Below are positions 29,506 to 39,094 of a DNA stretch of 57,023 nucleotides, piece after piece; position 1 is the first letter of the stretch, and each line of letters opens with the position of its first letter. The position numbers and the translations under genes were made by a program. The DNA comes from Clostridia bacterium (GTDB taxonomy: Bacteria; Bacillota; Clostridia; UBA1212). The DNA lies in the NCBI GenBank assembly GCA_017959965.1, contig JAGCZO010000014.1:1-57023 (forward strand). Reading direction: 5' to 3'. A model generated the notes under the pieces. That model did not search any database, had not been told where the DNA came from, and saw only the letters and a list, made by a program, of their open reading frames with translations.

Positions 29506-31029
29506 ATGACTAACGATAACACAGTTTTTAAACGAAGATCCGGGGTCCTGCTGAGCGTTTCGTCCTTGCCGGGCCCTTTTGGAACAGGGGTATTCGGCCC
29601 GGAGGCAAAGGCCTTCGTTGACAAAATAAAGGAAATGGGTTTTTCCTATTGGCAGGTGCTTCCTCTGGGGCCTCTTGACAAGGGGAATTCTCCTTACTGC
29701 GGCGAGAGCGCTTTTGCGGGCAACGTTCTCTATATCGATCCGAGAGGGCTTGCGGCTGAGGGACTGATCTCTGAGGAGGACGTTTCGACCTGCCTTTACT
29801 GCGGGTCTCCCCATACCGCCGACTACGGTTTTGCCTCTGAAAAGAAAAGAACTGTTCTCGAGAAGGCATTTAACAGCTTCAAGGAGCTTTCTTCGGACGC
29901 GCCGCTGAAGCGTTGTTTTGATAATTTTGTTTCGACCACGGACTGGCTCATACCCTATGCGGAATACAAAGCTCTGAAGGAGCTGTTTAACGGAACGCCC
30001 TGGAGCGAATGGCCGGCAAACGGCCCCTGCATTGACGCCGGAAGAAAAGAATATCTGGAAGGGCTCCATTGCTTCGCGCAGTTTATGTTTTTCCGCCAAT
30101 GGGCTGAGATCAGAAAGTACGCCAATGAAAACGGCATAGGCATCATAGGGGACATGCCGCTGTATATTGCCTACGACAGCGCGGACGTCAGAAATGACGT
30201 CTCGGATTATCTAATCGATCCCGACACCCTGAAGCCCGTCAAAGTGGCGGGTGTGCCGCCGGATTACTTCTCCGAGGAGGGCCAGCTGTGGGGAAATCCG
30301 CTCTATGACTGGGTCGCAATGAAAAAGAACGGCTACAGATGGTGGAAGCAGAGGGTCAGAACAGCCCTGGAGCTTTACGATATCGTCAGGATAGACCATT
30401 TCAGAGGCCTTGCGTCTTACTGGGCCATTCCCGCCGACGCGGAAAGCGCAAAAGCCGGCGCCTGGGAAAAAGGACCCGGGACCGATCTGTTTGAGGCGCT
30501 TGCGGAGATACCGGGATACTCAAACGAAAGGCTGATCGCCGAGGACCTTGGCGTTTTCGGAACCGACGTAAAAGAGCTGCTGGCCGCAGTGGGATTGCCG
30601 GGAATGAGAGTGATACAGTTTGCCTTCGACGAATCCCGAGAAAGTACGAATCTGCCGCATAATTACGAAAAAAACACGATCGCGTACGTAGGCACTCACG
30701 ATAACAACACCGTGTTCGGATGGCTCTGGGAGGCAGCTCCCGGGGAGAGATCCTTTGCGCTGAGATACTGCGGATTTAAGGGCGACGACTGGCAAGCCGG
30801 AGGGAAGACCTCGGAATCTTGCAGAGCGGTAATTGAAGCGGTCTGGAGATCCTGCGCTAAGACGGCGGTGGTTGCCCTCCAGGACATGCTGGGCTACGGC
30901 AGGGACTGCAGGATGAATACTCCGGGGAAGCCTGACGGAAACTGGCTGTTCCGGACAACATTTGACGCTATTTCACAGATCGATACGGACTATTTCAGGG
31001 AGATCAATACCGTTTTCGGCAGAAATTGA
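29506..31029 (+). CDS. malQ: 4-alpha-glucanotransferase (amylomaltase, GH77)
   Basis: RRSGVLLSVSSLPGPFGTGVFG at the N-terminus, RIDHFRG and GTHDN motifs; 507 aa. Confidence 0.93.
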   Translation: MTNDNTVFKRRSGVLLSVSSLPGPFGTGVFGPEAKAFVDKIKEMGFSYWQVLPLGPLDKGNSPYCGESAFAGNVLYIDPRGLAAEGLISEEDVSTCLYCGSPHTADYGFASEKKRTVLEKAFNSFKELSSDAPLKRCFDNFVSTTDWLIPYAEYKALKELFNGTPWSEWPANGPCIDAGRKEYLEGLHCFAQFMFFRQWAEIRKYANENGIGIIGDMPLYIAYDSADVRNDVSDYLIDPDTLKPVKVAGVPPDYFSEEGQLWGNPLYDWVAMKKNGYRWWKQRVRTALELYDIVRIDHFRGLASYWAIPADAESAKAGAWEKGPGTDLFEALAEIPGYSNERLIAEDLGVFGTDVKELLAAVGLPGMRVIQFAFDESRESTNLPHNYEKNTIAYVGTHDNNTVFGWLWEAAPGERSFALRYCGFKGDDWQAGGKTSESCRAVIEAVWRSCAKTAVVALQDMLGYGRDCRMNTPGKPDGNWLFRTTFDAISQIDTDYFREINTVFGRN

Positions 31030-31050
31030 GTATTTTCAGAGGATAATGAT

Positions 31051-31587
31051 ATGAACGTTGTTGTTGCCGTTGACAAAGAGTGGGGCATAGGATATCAAAA
31101 CCGGCTGCTGATCGCTATCAGAGCCGATCTCCGCAATTTTGCGAGGCTGACAAAGGGGAAGACCGTTATTTACGGGTCGAAAACCTTGGAGACCTTTCCC
31201 GACAAGGCGCCCCTTAAGAACAGGCGGAATATTATATTGACCAGAAAGCCCGATCTTGCGGCAGAAAACGCAGAGACCGCCGGATCGATTGAAGAAGTCC
31301 TTTCGATGGTCGTTAAAGAGGATCCCGAAAACGTTTTTGTTATTGGCGGCGGCAGCGTGTACGCACAGCTTTTGCCCTACTGCGACTGCTGTTACGTTAC
31401 AAAGATAGAAGATTCTTTCGAAAAGGACGTGTTTTTCGAGGATCTGGACAAAAACGGCGCCTGGGAGCTTGTTTACAGGAGCTCCGAGAAAAAAACGGAT
31501 CCGGACAGCGACGGGACAGGCGATATTAGCTATTTCTTTACGAAATACCGGAGGAAGAAGGATGAGAACGAGCAAAAGGGCAAGTGA
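31051..31587 (+). CDS. folA: dihydrofolate reductase
   Basis: MNVVVAVDKEWGIGYQNRLL..., GSKTLETFP and VIGGGSVY motifs. Confidence 0.92.
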   Translation: MNVVVAVDKEWGIGYQNRLLIAIRADLRNFARLTKGKTVIYGSKTLETFPDKAPLKNRRNIILTRKPDLAAENAETAGSIEEVLSMVVKEDPENVFVIGGGSVYAQLLPYCDCCYVTKIEDSFEKDVFFEDLDKNGAWELVYRSSEKKTDPDSDGTGDISYFFTKYRRKKDENEQKGK

Positions 31588-32029
31588 ATCCTACACGGAA
31601 CAGGTACAGATCCTGACTCAGGAGCACATGAACGGCTTCGGAAGGCTCTTCGGAGGAACTCTGATGTCCTGGATCGACGTGGTGGCCGCAGTTGTCGCCA
31701 GAAGACATTCCAACCGTAACGTTACAACGGCCTGCGTTTCAGAGCTGACGTTCAAGGCTCCCGCCTTCGCCAATGACACAATCGTGCTCTGCGGCCACGT
31801 CTCTTACGTAGGAAGAACTTCTATGGAGGTATGCGTGGATTCCTACGTTGAGAACCTTGACGGCACCAGAAAGACCATAAACAAGGCATACGTCACGCTG
31901 GTGGCGCTGGATGAAAACGGAGTGCCCTGCGAGGTCCCTCTGCTGGAGATCGAGACCGAAAGCCAGAAAAAGGAGTTTGAAGAGGGCCAAAAGAGGCGCA
32001 TGCAGCGCAGTGAGGCCGCAAACAGCTGA
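31562..32029 (+). CDS. acyl-CoA thioesterase (hotdog fold)
   Basis: HMNGFGRLFGGTLMSWIDVVAAVVARRH is typical of the YciA/Acot class. ATG 31562 follows GGAGGAAGAAGG and overlaps the end of folA by 26 nt. Confidence 0.85.
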   Translation: MRTSKRASESYTEQVQILTQEHMNGFGRLFGGTLMSWIDVVAAVVARRHSNRNVTTACVSELTFKAPAFANDTIVLCGHVSYVGRTSMEVCVDSYVENLDGTRKTINKAYVTLVALDENGVPCEVPLLEIETESQKKEFEEGQKRRMQRSEAANS

Positions 32030-32057
32030 ATTACAGGTCCTAACGTATAAACAAGAG

Positions 32058-32086
32058 AGGCCCGCCGTTTGCCGGCGGGCCTTTTG
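32058..32086. terminator. bidirectional terminator
   Basis: aggcccgccg-tttgc-cggcgggcct (10 bp) followed by tttgg. Confidence 0.75.
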
Positions 32087-32110
32087 GCGTTGTAAGGGAT
32101 CCAAATCGGC

Positions 32111-33235
32111 TCAGAGGATGTCTTTGGTTTTCTTGTTGTAAGGAACAGTTGAAAATGAGTAGACCGTAGTGCTTTCGTACCTTTCGCCCGGGAAAAGGGT
32201 TATGGAAGGAAAGGTCTTCTTGTTGACGGCGTCGGGATAGCCCTGGGTCTCAAGACAGAAGCCGAAGCGGCGGTCATACACGGCGCCTCCCTTGCCGACG
32301 GTGCGGTCGATAAAGTTTCCGCTGTAAAACTGGACGCAGGGAAGGTCCGTCCGTACAAGAAGGGCGATGCCGGTTTTATCCGCAAAGGCGCAGGCGATGA
32401 CAGGCAGATTCGATATTATTCCGTTATTTTGCTCTTTCAAAGCCCATTCCGGCAGTTTTTCCGCGGCAAACGGGTCCGAAACGTAGCTGACGTCGTATCC
32501 CCCTGCCAGAGAAAGCTGACCGTCTGACTCCTCTATGCCGCGCCCTATCTTTTTAGGGCTTTTGAAATCAAAAGGCGTATTCCGCACGTTCAAAAACGTG
32601 CCGTCGGGGGTGAAATCCCTCCCCAGAGGCGTTATATATGAGGCACGGATGCAAAGGAACGTGTCAAGGGCGGATATTCCGGAATCGTGGCCGAAAAGGT
32701 TAAAATAGGTGTGATTCGTCGGGTTGAACAAAGTTCTGCTGTCGGAAAAAGCCCTGTAATTGATGATCAGGTCTGAATCATCCGTAAAAGTGTATGTGAC
32801 TTCGAGCTCAACGCACCCCGGGTATCCCTCGTCTCCGTCGTCGGAGGTCAGCGCCAACGTGATGCTATCGGTGGATATGTTTATAAGCTTAAACAGCCTG
32901 TTGTTGAAGCCGACCTTGCCGCCGTGGAGAGAAACCCCTCCGCCTGTGTCAAAGAGCCTGTATGTTTTTCCCTCGAAAGAAAAAGAGGAGCCTGATATCC
33001 TGTTGGCGGCACGGCCTATGACAGCGCCGAAATACGTTCCCCGGTTGTCGTATTCCTCAGCGGAATCATATCCCAAAGCGACGTCGACTAACTGTCCATG
33101 TGCGTCCTGTACACAGAGCTTCCGGACAACGGCCCCGTAATTCAGGATTTCAACGTATTCGCCCTTGCTGTTGGTGATCCGGTATGCGTCTATTGAGCAG
33201 CCGTCTTTTTTTGCAAAAGCACATCGGTCTGTCAT
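32111..33235 (-). CDS. galM: aldose 1-epimerase (galactose mutarotase)
   Basis: A 374-aa beta-sandwich-type sequence with LHGG and ETQ motifs typical of the Aldose_epim family. Confidence 0.85.
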   Translation of the reverse strand: MTDRCAFAKKDGCSIDAYRITNSKGEYVEILNYGAVVRKLCVQDAHGQLVDVALGYDSAEEYDNRGTYFGAVIGRAANRISGSSFSFEGKTYRLFDTGGGVSLHGGKVGFNNRLFKLINISTDSITLALTSDDGDEGYPGCVELEVTYTFTDDSDLIINYRAFSDSRTLFNPTNHTYFNLFGHDSGISALDTFLCIRASYITPLGRDFTPDGTFLNVRNTPFDFKSPKKIGRGIEESDGQLSLAGGYDVSYVSDPFAAEKLPEWALKEQNNGIISNLPVIACAFADKTGIALLVRTDLPCVQFYSGNFIDRTVGKGGAVYDRRFGFCLETQGYPDAVNKKTFPSITLFPGERYESTTVYSFSTVPYNKKTKDIL

Positions 33236-33333
33236 ATTTTAAACCCCGCCAAAGTGATAAAGCCTGATTTTGCGTTAAAATAGAGAAATTCTCAAGTGGC
33301 CGCAAAACGCCGCCACGCCTGAATTTTCAGTAA

Positions 33334-33349
33334 TGTTCCACGTGGAACA
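33334..33349. other. parS centromere-like site
   Basis: TGTTCCACGTGGAACA is a perfect 16-bp palindrome, 15/16 identical to the Firmicutes consensus TGTTCCACGTGAAACA. It is intergenic. By my manual scan it is the only CACGTG-centred match in the window. Confidence 0.8.
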
Positions 33350-33426
33350 ATTGCATATTTTCGCTAAAATTACAGGAAAAGCGATGCTTTATTTTTGATA
33401 ACTGGAAACGGTGATGACCTGTCCGC

Positions 33427-34788
33427 TTATTCGCCGGATATTGTGATGCCGTCGAAGCTTATATAGGGGATCACGTTGACGCCGTCCTCGTCCTGCTCCA
33501 GTGATATGTCAACGATATTGTTCAGCATATCCGCAAGATTTCCGGAGATCATCGTCTCGGAAAGGGCCTTTGTGAGCTTGCCGTTCTCGATAAGGAAGCT
33601 GTTCTTGGCAACACCTGAAAAATCACCGTTGACCGAGGGTTCTCCGCCTGAGAAACGCGCGGCGTATATGCCGAACTCAGTTTCCTTTATCATGTCTTCG
33701 ATGGATCTCGTGCCGTTTTTTATGATCATGTTGTCCCCGGAGTTAGGCGCACGCCTGTTGCCGGTCTTATTGGCAACGTATGCCGATATATCGAAGTTTT
33801 TCAGCACGCCGTTCTCAATGACGTTATAGTCTTCCGCGAGATAACCTTCCTCCGTGTAAGTCTGGCCTCCCGCAACGCGCCCGTCCGTTGTCGTATAGCG
33901 AACGGTCAGTCTGTCGTCCGCCACCTTTTTGCCAAGTTTATCGAGCCAGAGCGACGTCCCGTTCAGGACACAGTAGTCCTCGGCAAAGTTATAGAAGGCA
34001 GCGGAGATAAGCTCCTCCGTAAGGGAGGGCGTCGTGATGAGCCTTCCGGTCTTTTTGCCTTTGAACGGTTTCGTGTAGATTTGTTTCTGCGTATTTTCAA
34101 GGCTTTTTTTGAAAAAAGCCTTGTCCGTAAAAGAAATATCGGGATCAGTAAGTACGAATTCAGTACCGAAGAAGGAGGACGCGTTGTCTCCGTCGTGGCC
34201 GGAATACAAAAAGTCAACAGTATAAAAACCCGAGACGGTGATAAATTCCGTCCCCGAGGAGTTGAAATACAGACTGCAGCACTTGTTGTGGCTCGCTATG
34301 GCCTGTTCCACCAGAATAAGTGGATAATTGCGGTCGATATCCTCCATAGATCCGGCAAAACGGGAGAAAAAAGTCTCCTTGTCAAAGACGGGGGCGCCCT
34401 TCAGGAATATCTTGCTTTCAGCTTTCGGGGCCACGATCCAGGCGGGATCCGGTGTTGCCGCATTGGCGGAAGCAACGGCGTCTTTGACAGCGGAGATGAT
34501 ATTTTTGTCCTCGGCAAGGCTTGAACTTACGTTGGCGGTGCCTTTTTTGTCGCCTACATAGCAGGTCAAAGAAAGTCCGTCTGAGTACTGAGTCCTGAAA
34601 AGACTGAATTTGCCGCCGTCCACGTTGAACTCATTGCCAACGGTCCTTTCGGTCGTGCAGGTAAAGCGCGTTGCCCCTGATGAGACCAGAAGCTTTCTGC
34701 ACTTTTCAGCAACGGATCTCAGAAATTCAATGTTTTTCCTGTCTTCAGGGTCGGTTATCCGGTCAAATGTAATTACAGAATAGCTCAT
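33427..34788 (-). CDS. TldD/PmbA-family metallopeptidase (PmbA/TldE-like partner subunit)
   Basis: Its 453-aa length, its pairing with the adjacent TldD-like gene, and its lack of an HExxxH motif fit the PmbA-type subunit. Confidence 0.8.
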   Translation of the reverse strand: MSYSVITFDRITDPEDRKNIEFLRSVAEKCRKLLVSSGATRFTCTTERTVGNEFNVDGGKFSLFRTQYSDGLSLTCYVGDKKGTANVSSSLAEDKNIISAVKDAVASANAATPDPAWIVAPKAESKIFLKGAPVFDKETFFSRFAGSMEDIDRNYPLILVEQAIASHNKCCSLYFNSSGTEFITVSGFYTVDFLYSGHDGDNASSFFGTEFVLTDPDISFTDKAFFKKSLENTQKQIYTKPFKGKKTGRLITTPSLTEELISAAFYNFAEDYCVLNGTSLWLDKLGKKVADDRLTVRYTTTDGRVAGGQTYTEEGYLAEDYNVIENGVLKNFDISAYVANKTGNRRAPNSGDNMIIKNGTRSIEDMIKETEFGIYAARFSGGEPSVNGDFSGVAKNSFLIENGKLTKALSETMISGNLADMLNNIVDISLEQDEDGVNVIPYISFDGITISGE

Positions 34789-34812
34789 TTTTACCTCCGA
34801 ACAGAACGAAAA

Positions 34813-36213
34813 TCAGCGGCCGCCGATATTCACGCGGCATTTTATAGAGGGGCCGCCCAGGCCCACAGGCATCGGCTGCTTCTTTCCGCAGAAACCGCTG
34901 CTTGCCCACTCCATTTCTTCAGATACCATGTCGACGGTCTTCAGCATGTCGAAGGCAACTCCGGAGATGGTGGTATCCTTGATGGCTTTCCCTATTTTTC
35001 CGTTCTTTATTTCATAACCAATGGTCACGCCAAACATAAATTCGCCGGTGGTATCCGCCTGTCCGTTTCCGGAATCGATAAGGTAGTACCCGTCTTCAAC
35101 TGACGCGATCATGTCTGAAAGCCTGTCGGTTCCGGGGAGCACCGCGGTGTTGCGCATTCTGATAAGCGGCTCGTCGCAGAAGGTCCAGGCTCTGGCGTTG
35201 CCCGTGGGGGTCATATTGAAATGCACGGCGGTCTCTCTGCTGTTCATAAAGCCAACAAGCTTTCCTTTGTCTATAAGGAAAGCATCCTCCGCTTTGGTGC
35301 CCTCGTCGTCAACGTATACCGGCAGCGGCGCGGGCTTGCCAAGGCAGGTGTGGGCAAAGTCCACCATGGATATCTTTTCCGATGCGACCGTTTTTCCCAG
35401 GTTTGGGCCTGCCACGGAGCCGCCGAGAACGATGTCCGCCTCAACTGTGTGGCCCACTGCCTCGTGGGCAAGCATTCCGGTCATAAGAGGGCCCAGAATG
35501 CAGGTCCTGAAGCCCGCATTGGCGTAGACCGCTTCTTTTTTATCGCAAAGCATTTCGTAAAGCCTGTCTATTCCGTCGTAAAGAACCGACGGATCGGAGA
35601 AATTCATGTCAAAGGTGCCGAAACCGCCAAAGGGTTTGAACATCTCCACGGGCTGGCCGCTTGTGTCGTTGTCCGTGAGGGTCACGTATACGTAGCTGCG
35701 GGGCAGGACGGAGTGGGAATCGAAGCCGTTTGAAACGTGGAGGATCTTCTCCATGGAGTCGGCGTATGCAGTCACGGTCCTGCTGCTCAGGTTCGGATAT
35801 TTCCCGGAAATGTAACGGTCTATTTCCCGGATATAATCGATATAATAGCTCTGCTCAGGGTCGTTAGCGTCATTTTCCGTCTTTAAACTGCCGTTTTGCA
35901 GCGGCGGAAGAGCCGGCTTGTCGGAAATCAGACGCGAGGCGAAATAGCCTGCATTGGCGTCTGCTGCGGAAAGAACGGCCCTGCAGGAGGCGGAAGAGCA
36001 GTCCGCCGAAGATGAAAAGCCGTAAAAACCTTTTTTATAGACCCGGGCGCTGACTCCGGAATCCTCAGAACGGGAATTTGACGTCAGGTTGCCGCACATG
36101 AGAGTTGCGCGGCGGGTCTTGTTGATCTGAATGCGAAGCTCGGAATGAGCGTCGGCTGAAAACAAGCCGGAAAGACCGGAAACGGGATCGACTAACAAAG
36201 CTTCAACCTCCAT
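34813..36213 (-). CDS. tldD: TldD-family metalloprotease
   Basis: HEAVGHTVEAD carries the HExxxH motif; 466 aa. Confidence 0.85.
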   Translation of the reverse strand: MEVEALLVDPVSGLSGLFSADAHSELRIQINKTRRATLMCGNLTSNSRSEDSGVSARVYKKGFYGFSSSADCSSASCRAVLSAADANAGYFASRLISDKPALPPLQNGSLKTENDANDPEQSYYIDYIREIDRYISGKYPNLSSRTVTAYADSMEKILHVSNGFDSHSVLPRSYVYVTLTDNDTSGQPVEMFKPFGGFGTFDMNFSDPSVLYDGIDRLYEMLCDKKEAVYANAGFRTCILGPLMTGMLAHEAVGHTVEADIVLGGSVAGPNLGKTVASEKISMVDFAHTCLGKPAPLPVYVDDEGTKAEDAFLIDKGKLVGFMNSRETAVHFNMTPTGNARAWTFCDEPLIRMRNTAVLPGTDRLSDMIASVEDGYYLIDSGNGQADTTGEFMFGVTIGYEIKNGKIGKAIKDTTISGVAFDMLKTVDMVSEEMEWASSGFCGKKQPMPVGLGGPSIKCRVNIGGR

Positions 36214-36287
36214 ATAAAATAATGCAAGATGATTATATCACCGACTTGCGGAATTGACAACGAATCAGGATCGTTTTACTCAACTGC

Positions 36288-37040
36288 TTAAAGGGGCTTT
36301 TTTGAGGGAATGCCGGCTTTTCTCGGGAAGGCAGGAGGCGTCTGCTCTTTTTTCCTGAAAACGTATATGACGCGCTCGGCGGAGGTCTCCGTTCCGTCGG
36401 ATTCAAAAGTTTTCAGTGAAAACTTCTCGGTTTTCTCCAATTTACATGAGAGTTTGCCGGCTGCGGCCGTAAAAGGTCCTTCGTCTTTACCGCCCTTCAT
36501 GGCAAGGAAAAGTCCGCCGCTCTTAAGAGGAGGCGTGCAGAGCTCCAGCAGGACGTTCATGGGCGCCACGGCGCGGGCGGTGGAAAAATCTATTTTGTCG
36601 CGAAAACGGGGATCTCTCCCGAAGTCCTCGGCCCGCATATGGACCGTTTCAACACCGGTGAGACCAAGCTGACGTATGACCTCTTCAAGGAAGGTCAGCC
36701 TTTTGGCAAGGGAATCCACAAGGATCAGGCGAAGCTCCGGAAACAGTATCTTAAGAGGAATTCCCGGGAAACCGGCGCCTGTGCCTATATCGCAAAGAGT
36801 TTTTCCCTCAGGAACGGTGCTCCCGCCGTCTGTCAGAAAGGGGGCAACGGTAAGCGAGTCCGCGAAATGCTTTGTGATGACCGCCGCGTCCTCTGTGATG
36901 GCAGTAAGGTTCATCCGGGTGTTCCAATCCTGTAAAAGCCGTAAATATAGGTAAAATCTTTCCCACTGGCTTTTGCTTAACGACAACCCGAGACCGTCTG
37001 TGCAGGCCTTAAGAAGCTCATATCCTTCTGCGGAATCCAT
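36288..37040 (-). CDS. rsmG: 16S rRNA (guanine527-N7)-methyltransferase RsmG/GidB
   Basis: DIGTGAGFPGIPLKI is the SAM motif; mnmG-rsmG synteny. Confidence 0.93.
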   Translation of the reverse strand: MDSAEGYELLKACTDGLGLSLSKSQWERFYLYLRLLQDWNTRMNLTAITEDAAVITKHFADSLTVAPFLTDGGSTVPEGKTLCDIGTGAGFPGIPLKILFPELRLILVDSLAKRLTFLEEVIRQLGLTGVETVHMRAEDFGRDPRFRDKIDFSTARAVAPMNVLLELCTPPLKSGGLFLAMKGGKDEGPFTAAAGKLSCKLEKTEKFSLKTFESDGTETSAERVIYVFRKKEQTPPAFPRKAGIPSKKPL

Positions 37041-37070
37041 AACCTGGAACCTCCTTTTCAGGGCGGCGAT

Positions 37071-39029
37071 TCACCGCTCGACTGTTTTCAAATAGACCAG
37101 GAGTGCCGCGATATCGCTTGGCGTGACGCCGCTGATCCTGCCGGCCTGGCCAAGGGTCTCCGGCATAGTTGCGGAAAGCTTTTCCCTGGATTCAAGGCTC
37201 AGCGTGGGAATGCTCCTGTAGTCAAGCCCTTCCGGAAGAACGGTGGCTTCCAGCTTCCTGAACTGTCTCACCTGGGCCTCCTGCCTTTTAATATAACCGG
37301 CGTATTTTACCGAGATCTCGATTTCCTCGCAGACGGCGAGAGCAGCTGTCTTGCCAATGGCCTCGAGGGCCTCTCCGAAATTCGCCCTGATGAGACCGGC
37401 GTGATCGTCAGGAGATACATTTTCTTCGCATTTTTCCGAGAAACTGAGTACGTCCCAGATCTCCAGCTCAGGCCTGCGGAGAAGATCGCCCATAGTAATG
37501 CCCGTCTTGAGAGGCGAGCTGCCGAGAGCCTCCAGGCGCTCGTTGATCCTTCCGGAGGGTGCGACAACGGTGCTCTCAAGGTACTCGATTCCGCCTTCTA
37601 TCGCGGCCTTTTTCTTCAGGAACCGCTGATATCTGTCCTCCGGGACCAGCCCCGCGGCATAGCCTTTTTCGGTGAGGCGAAGATCCGCGTTGTCGTGCCT
37701 GAGAAGCAGCCTGTACTCTGCTCTGGAGGTCATCATCCTGTAGGGTTCTTTGGTTCCCAAAGTGACCAGATCGTCGATGAGGACGCCAATGTAACCCTCG
37801 TCTCTGCCGATGATCAGTGGGTCCTTGTTTTTCAGTAAATTTGCGGCATTTATGCCTGCCATCAGACCCTGTGCGGCGGCTTCCTCGTAGCCTGAGGAGC
37901 CGTTTATCTGGCCGGCGCAGAAAAGACCGGAGACGATCCTGCTCTCCAGGGAAAGCTTAAGCTGACGGGCGTCGATGGCGTCGTACTCGATGGCGTATGC
38001 AGGACGCGAGACCGAAGCGTTCTCCATCCCCGGAATGGAGCGGATGAACGCCAGCTGAACGTCCTCGGGAAGACTTGAGGAAAGTCCCTGCAGGTACACC
38101 TCTTCGGTGTCCCGTCCCATTGGCTCTATAAACGTCTGGTGACGCTCCTTGTCGTTGAAGCGCATTATCTTGTCTTCAATGGAAGGGCAGTAACGGGGGC
38201 CTACACCCTCGATGGAGCCGTTGAAGAGCGGAGACCTGTGGATGTTTTTCATGATGATTTCCTTGGTCTCGGGCGTGGTGTGGGTAAGATAGACCGGGAT
38301 CTCGTCAACGGAGAAGTCCTCCGTATCATAAGAGAAGGGTGTGGGGACCCTGTCGCCGGGCTGAGGGTCCATGGTGGAAAAGTCAATGCTGCGGCGAAGC
38401 ACCCTGGCAGGAGTGCCTGTTTTAAGCCTCTGGATGGTAAAACCCAGCTCCGCAAGCCTCGAAGTAAGTCCGTTGGCGGGGAAAAGCCCGTCGGGACCGC
38501 CGGGATAGTTTACGTCGCCAATGATAATTTTTCCCTTTAAATAGGTGCCCGTGCACAAAATGACCGCGCGGCAGCCGTAGATCGCACCGGTATGGGATAC
38601 AACGCCCGTCACCCGGGGAAGCTTACCGTCGTTTTCGCAAAGAATATTCACGATCTCGCACTGCTTGACGTCCAGATTCTCGCAAAGCTCAAGCTCGTGC
38701 TTCATCAGCGTCTGGTAGCGTCTGCGGTCGATCTGGGCCCTGAGAGAGTAGACCGCCGGACCCTTGGCTTTGTTAAGTATCTTTGACTGTATGGTGGCTC
38801 TGTCCGCCATCTTGCCCATGATACCGCCGAGAGCGTCTATCTCACGGACAAGCTGACCTTTTGACGTGCCGCCGATGCTGGGGTTGCAGGGCATATTGCC
38901 AATGCTGTCAAGATTAATGGCAAAGATCGCTGTGCGGAAGCCAAGCTTTGCAACGGCAAGAGCCGCCTCGATGCCTGCGTGGCCCGCGCCTACAACGCAT
39001 ATATCGTAATTCCCTGCGATAAAACTCAT
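37071..39029 (-). CDS. mnmG: tRNA uridine 5-carboxymethylaminomethyl modification enzyme MnmG/GidA
   Basis: [14 protein letters not shown] is the FAD motif; 652 aa. Confidence 0.97.
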   Translation of the reverse strand: MSFIAGNYDICVVGAGHAGIEAALAVAKLGFRTAIFAINLDSIGNMPCNPSIGGTSKGQLVREIDALGGIMGKMADRATIQSKILNKAKGPAVYSLRAQIDRRRYQTLMKHELELCENLDVKQCEIVNILCENDGKLPRVTGVVSHTGAIYGCRAVILCTGTYLKGKIIIGDVNYPGGPDGLFPANGLTSRLAELGFTIQRLKTGTPARVLRRSIDFSTMDPQPGDRVPTPFSYDTEDFSVDEIPVYLTHTTPETKEIIMKNIHRSPLFNGSIEGVGPRYCPSIEDKIMRFNDKERHQTFIEPMGRDTEEVYLQGLSSSLPEDVQLAFIRSIPGMENASVSRPAYAIEYDAIDARQLKLSLESRIVSGLFCAGQINGSSGYEEAAAQGLMAGINAANLLKNKDPLIIGRDEGYIGVLIDDLVTLGTKEPYRMMTSRAEYRLLLRHDNADLRLTEKGYAAGLVPEDRYQRFLKKKAAIEGGIEYLESTVVAPSGRINERLEALGSSPLKTGITMGDLLRRPELEIWDVLSFSEKCEENVSPDDHAGLIRANFGEALEAIGKTAALAVCEEIEISVKYAGYIKRQEAQVRQFRKLEATVLPEGLDYRSIPTLSLESREKLSATMPETLGQAGRISGVTPSDIAALLVYLKTVER

Positions 39030-39094
39030 AATTACCTCTATATATAGGGAAAATCCAGAATTTTAAATGCCTTCGGTCCGGGAGGTCCGGAGCC

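Noticed and set aside
29440-30099. A 219-aa minus-strand ORF.
   Set aside because: It overlaps the 5' third of the well-supported malQ gene on the opposite strand. The translation is Arg/Pro-rich and looks like nonsense.
33321-33335. A CodY-box-like sequence AATTTTCAGTAATG upstream of galM.
   Set aside because: It matches the 15-nt consensus AATTTTCWGAAAATT at only about 11-12 positions and overlaps the parS flank. This is insufficient support.
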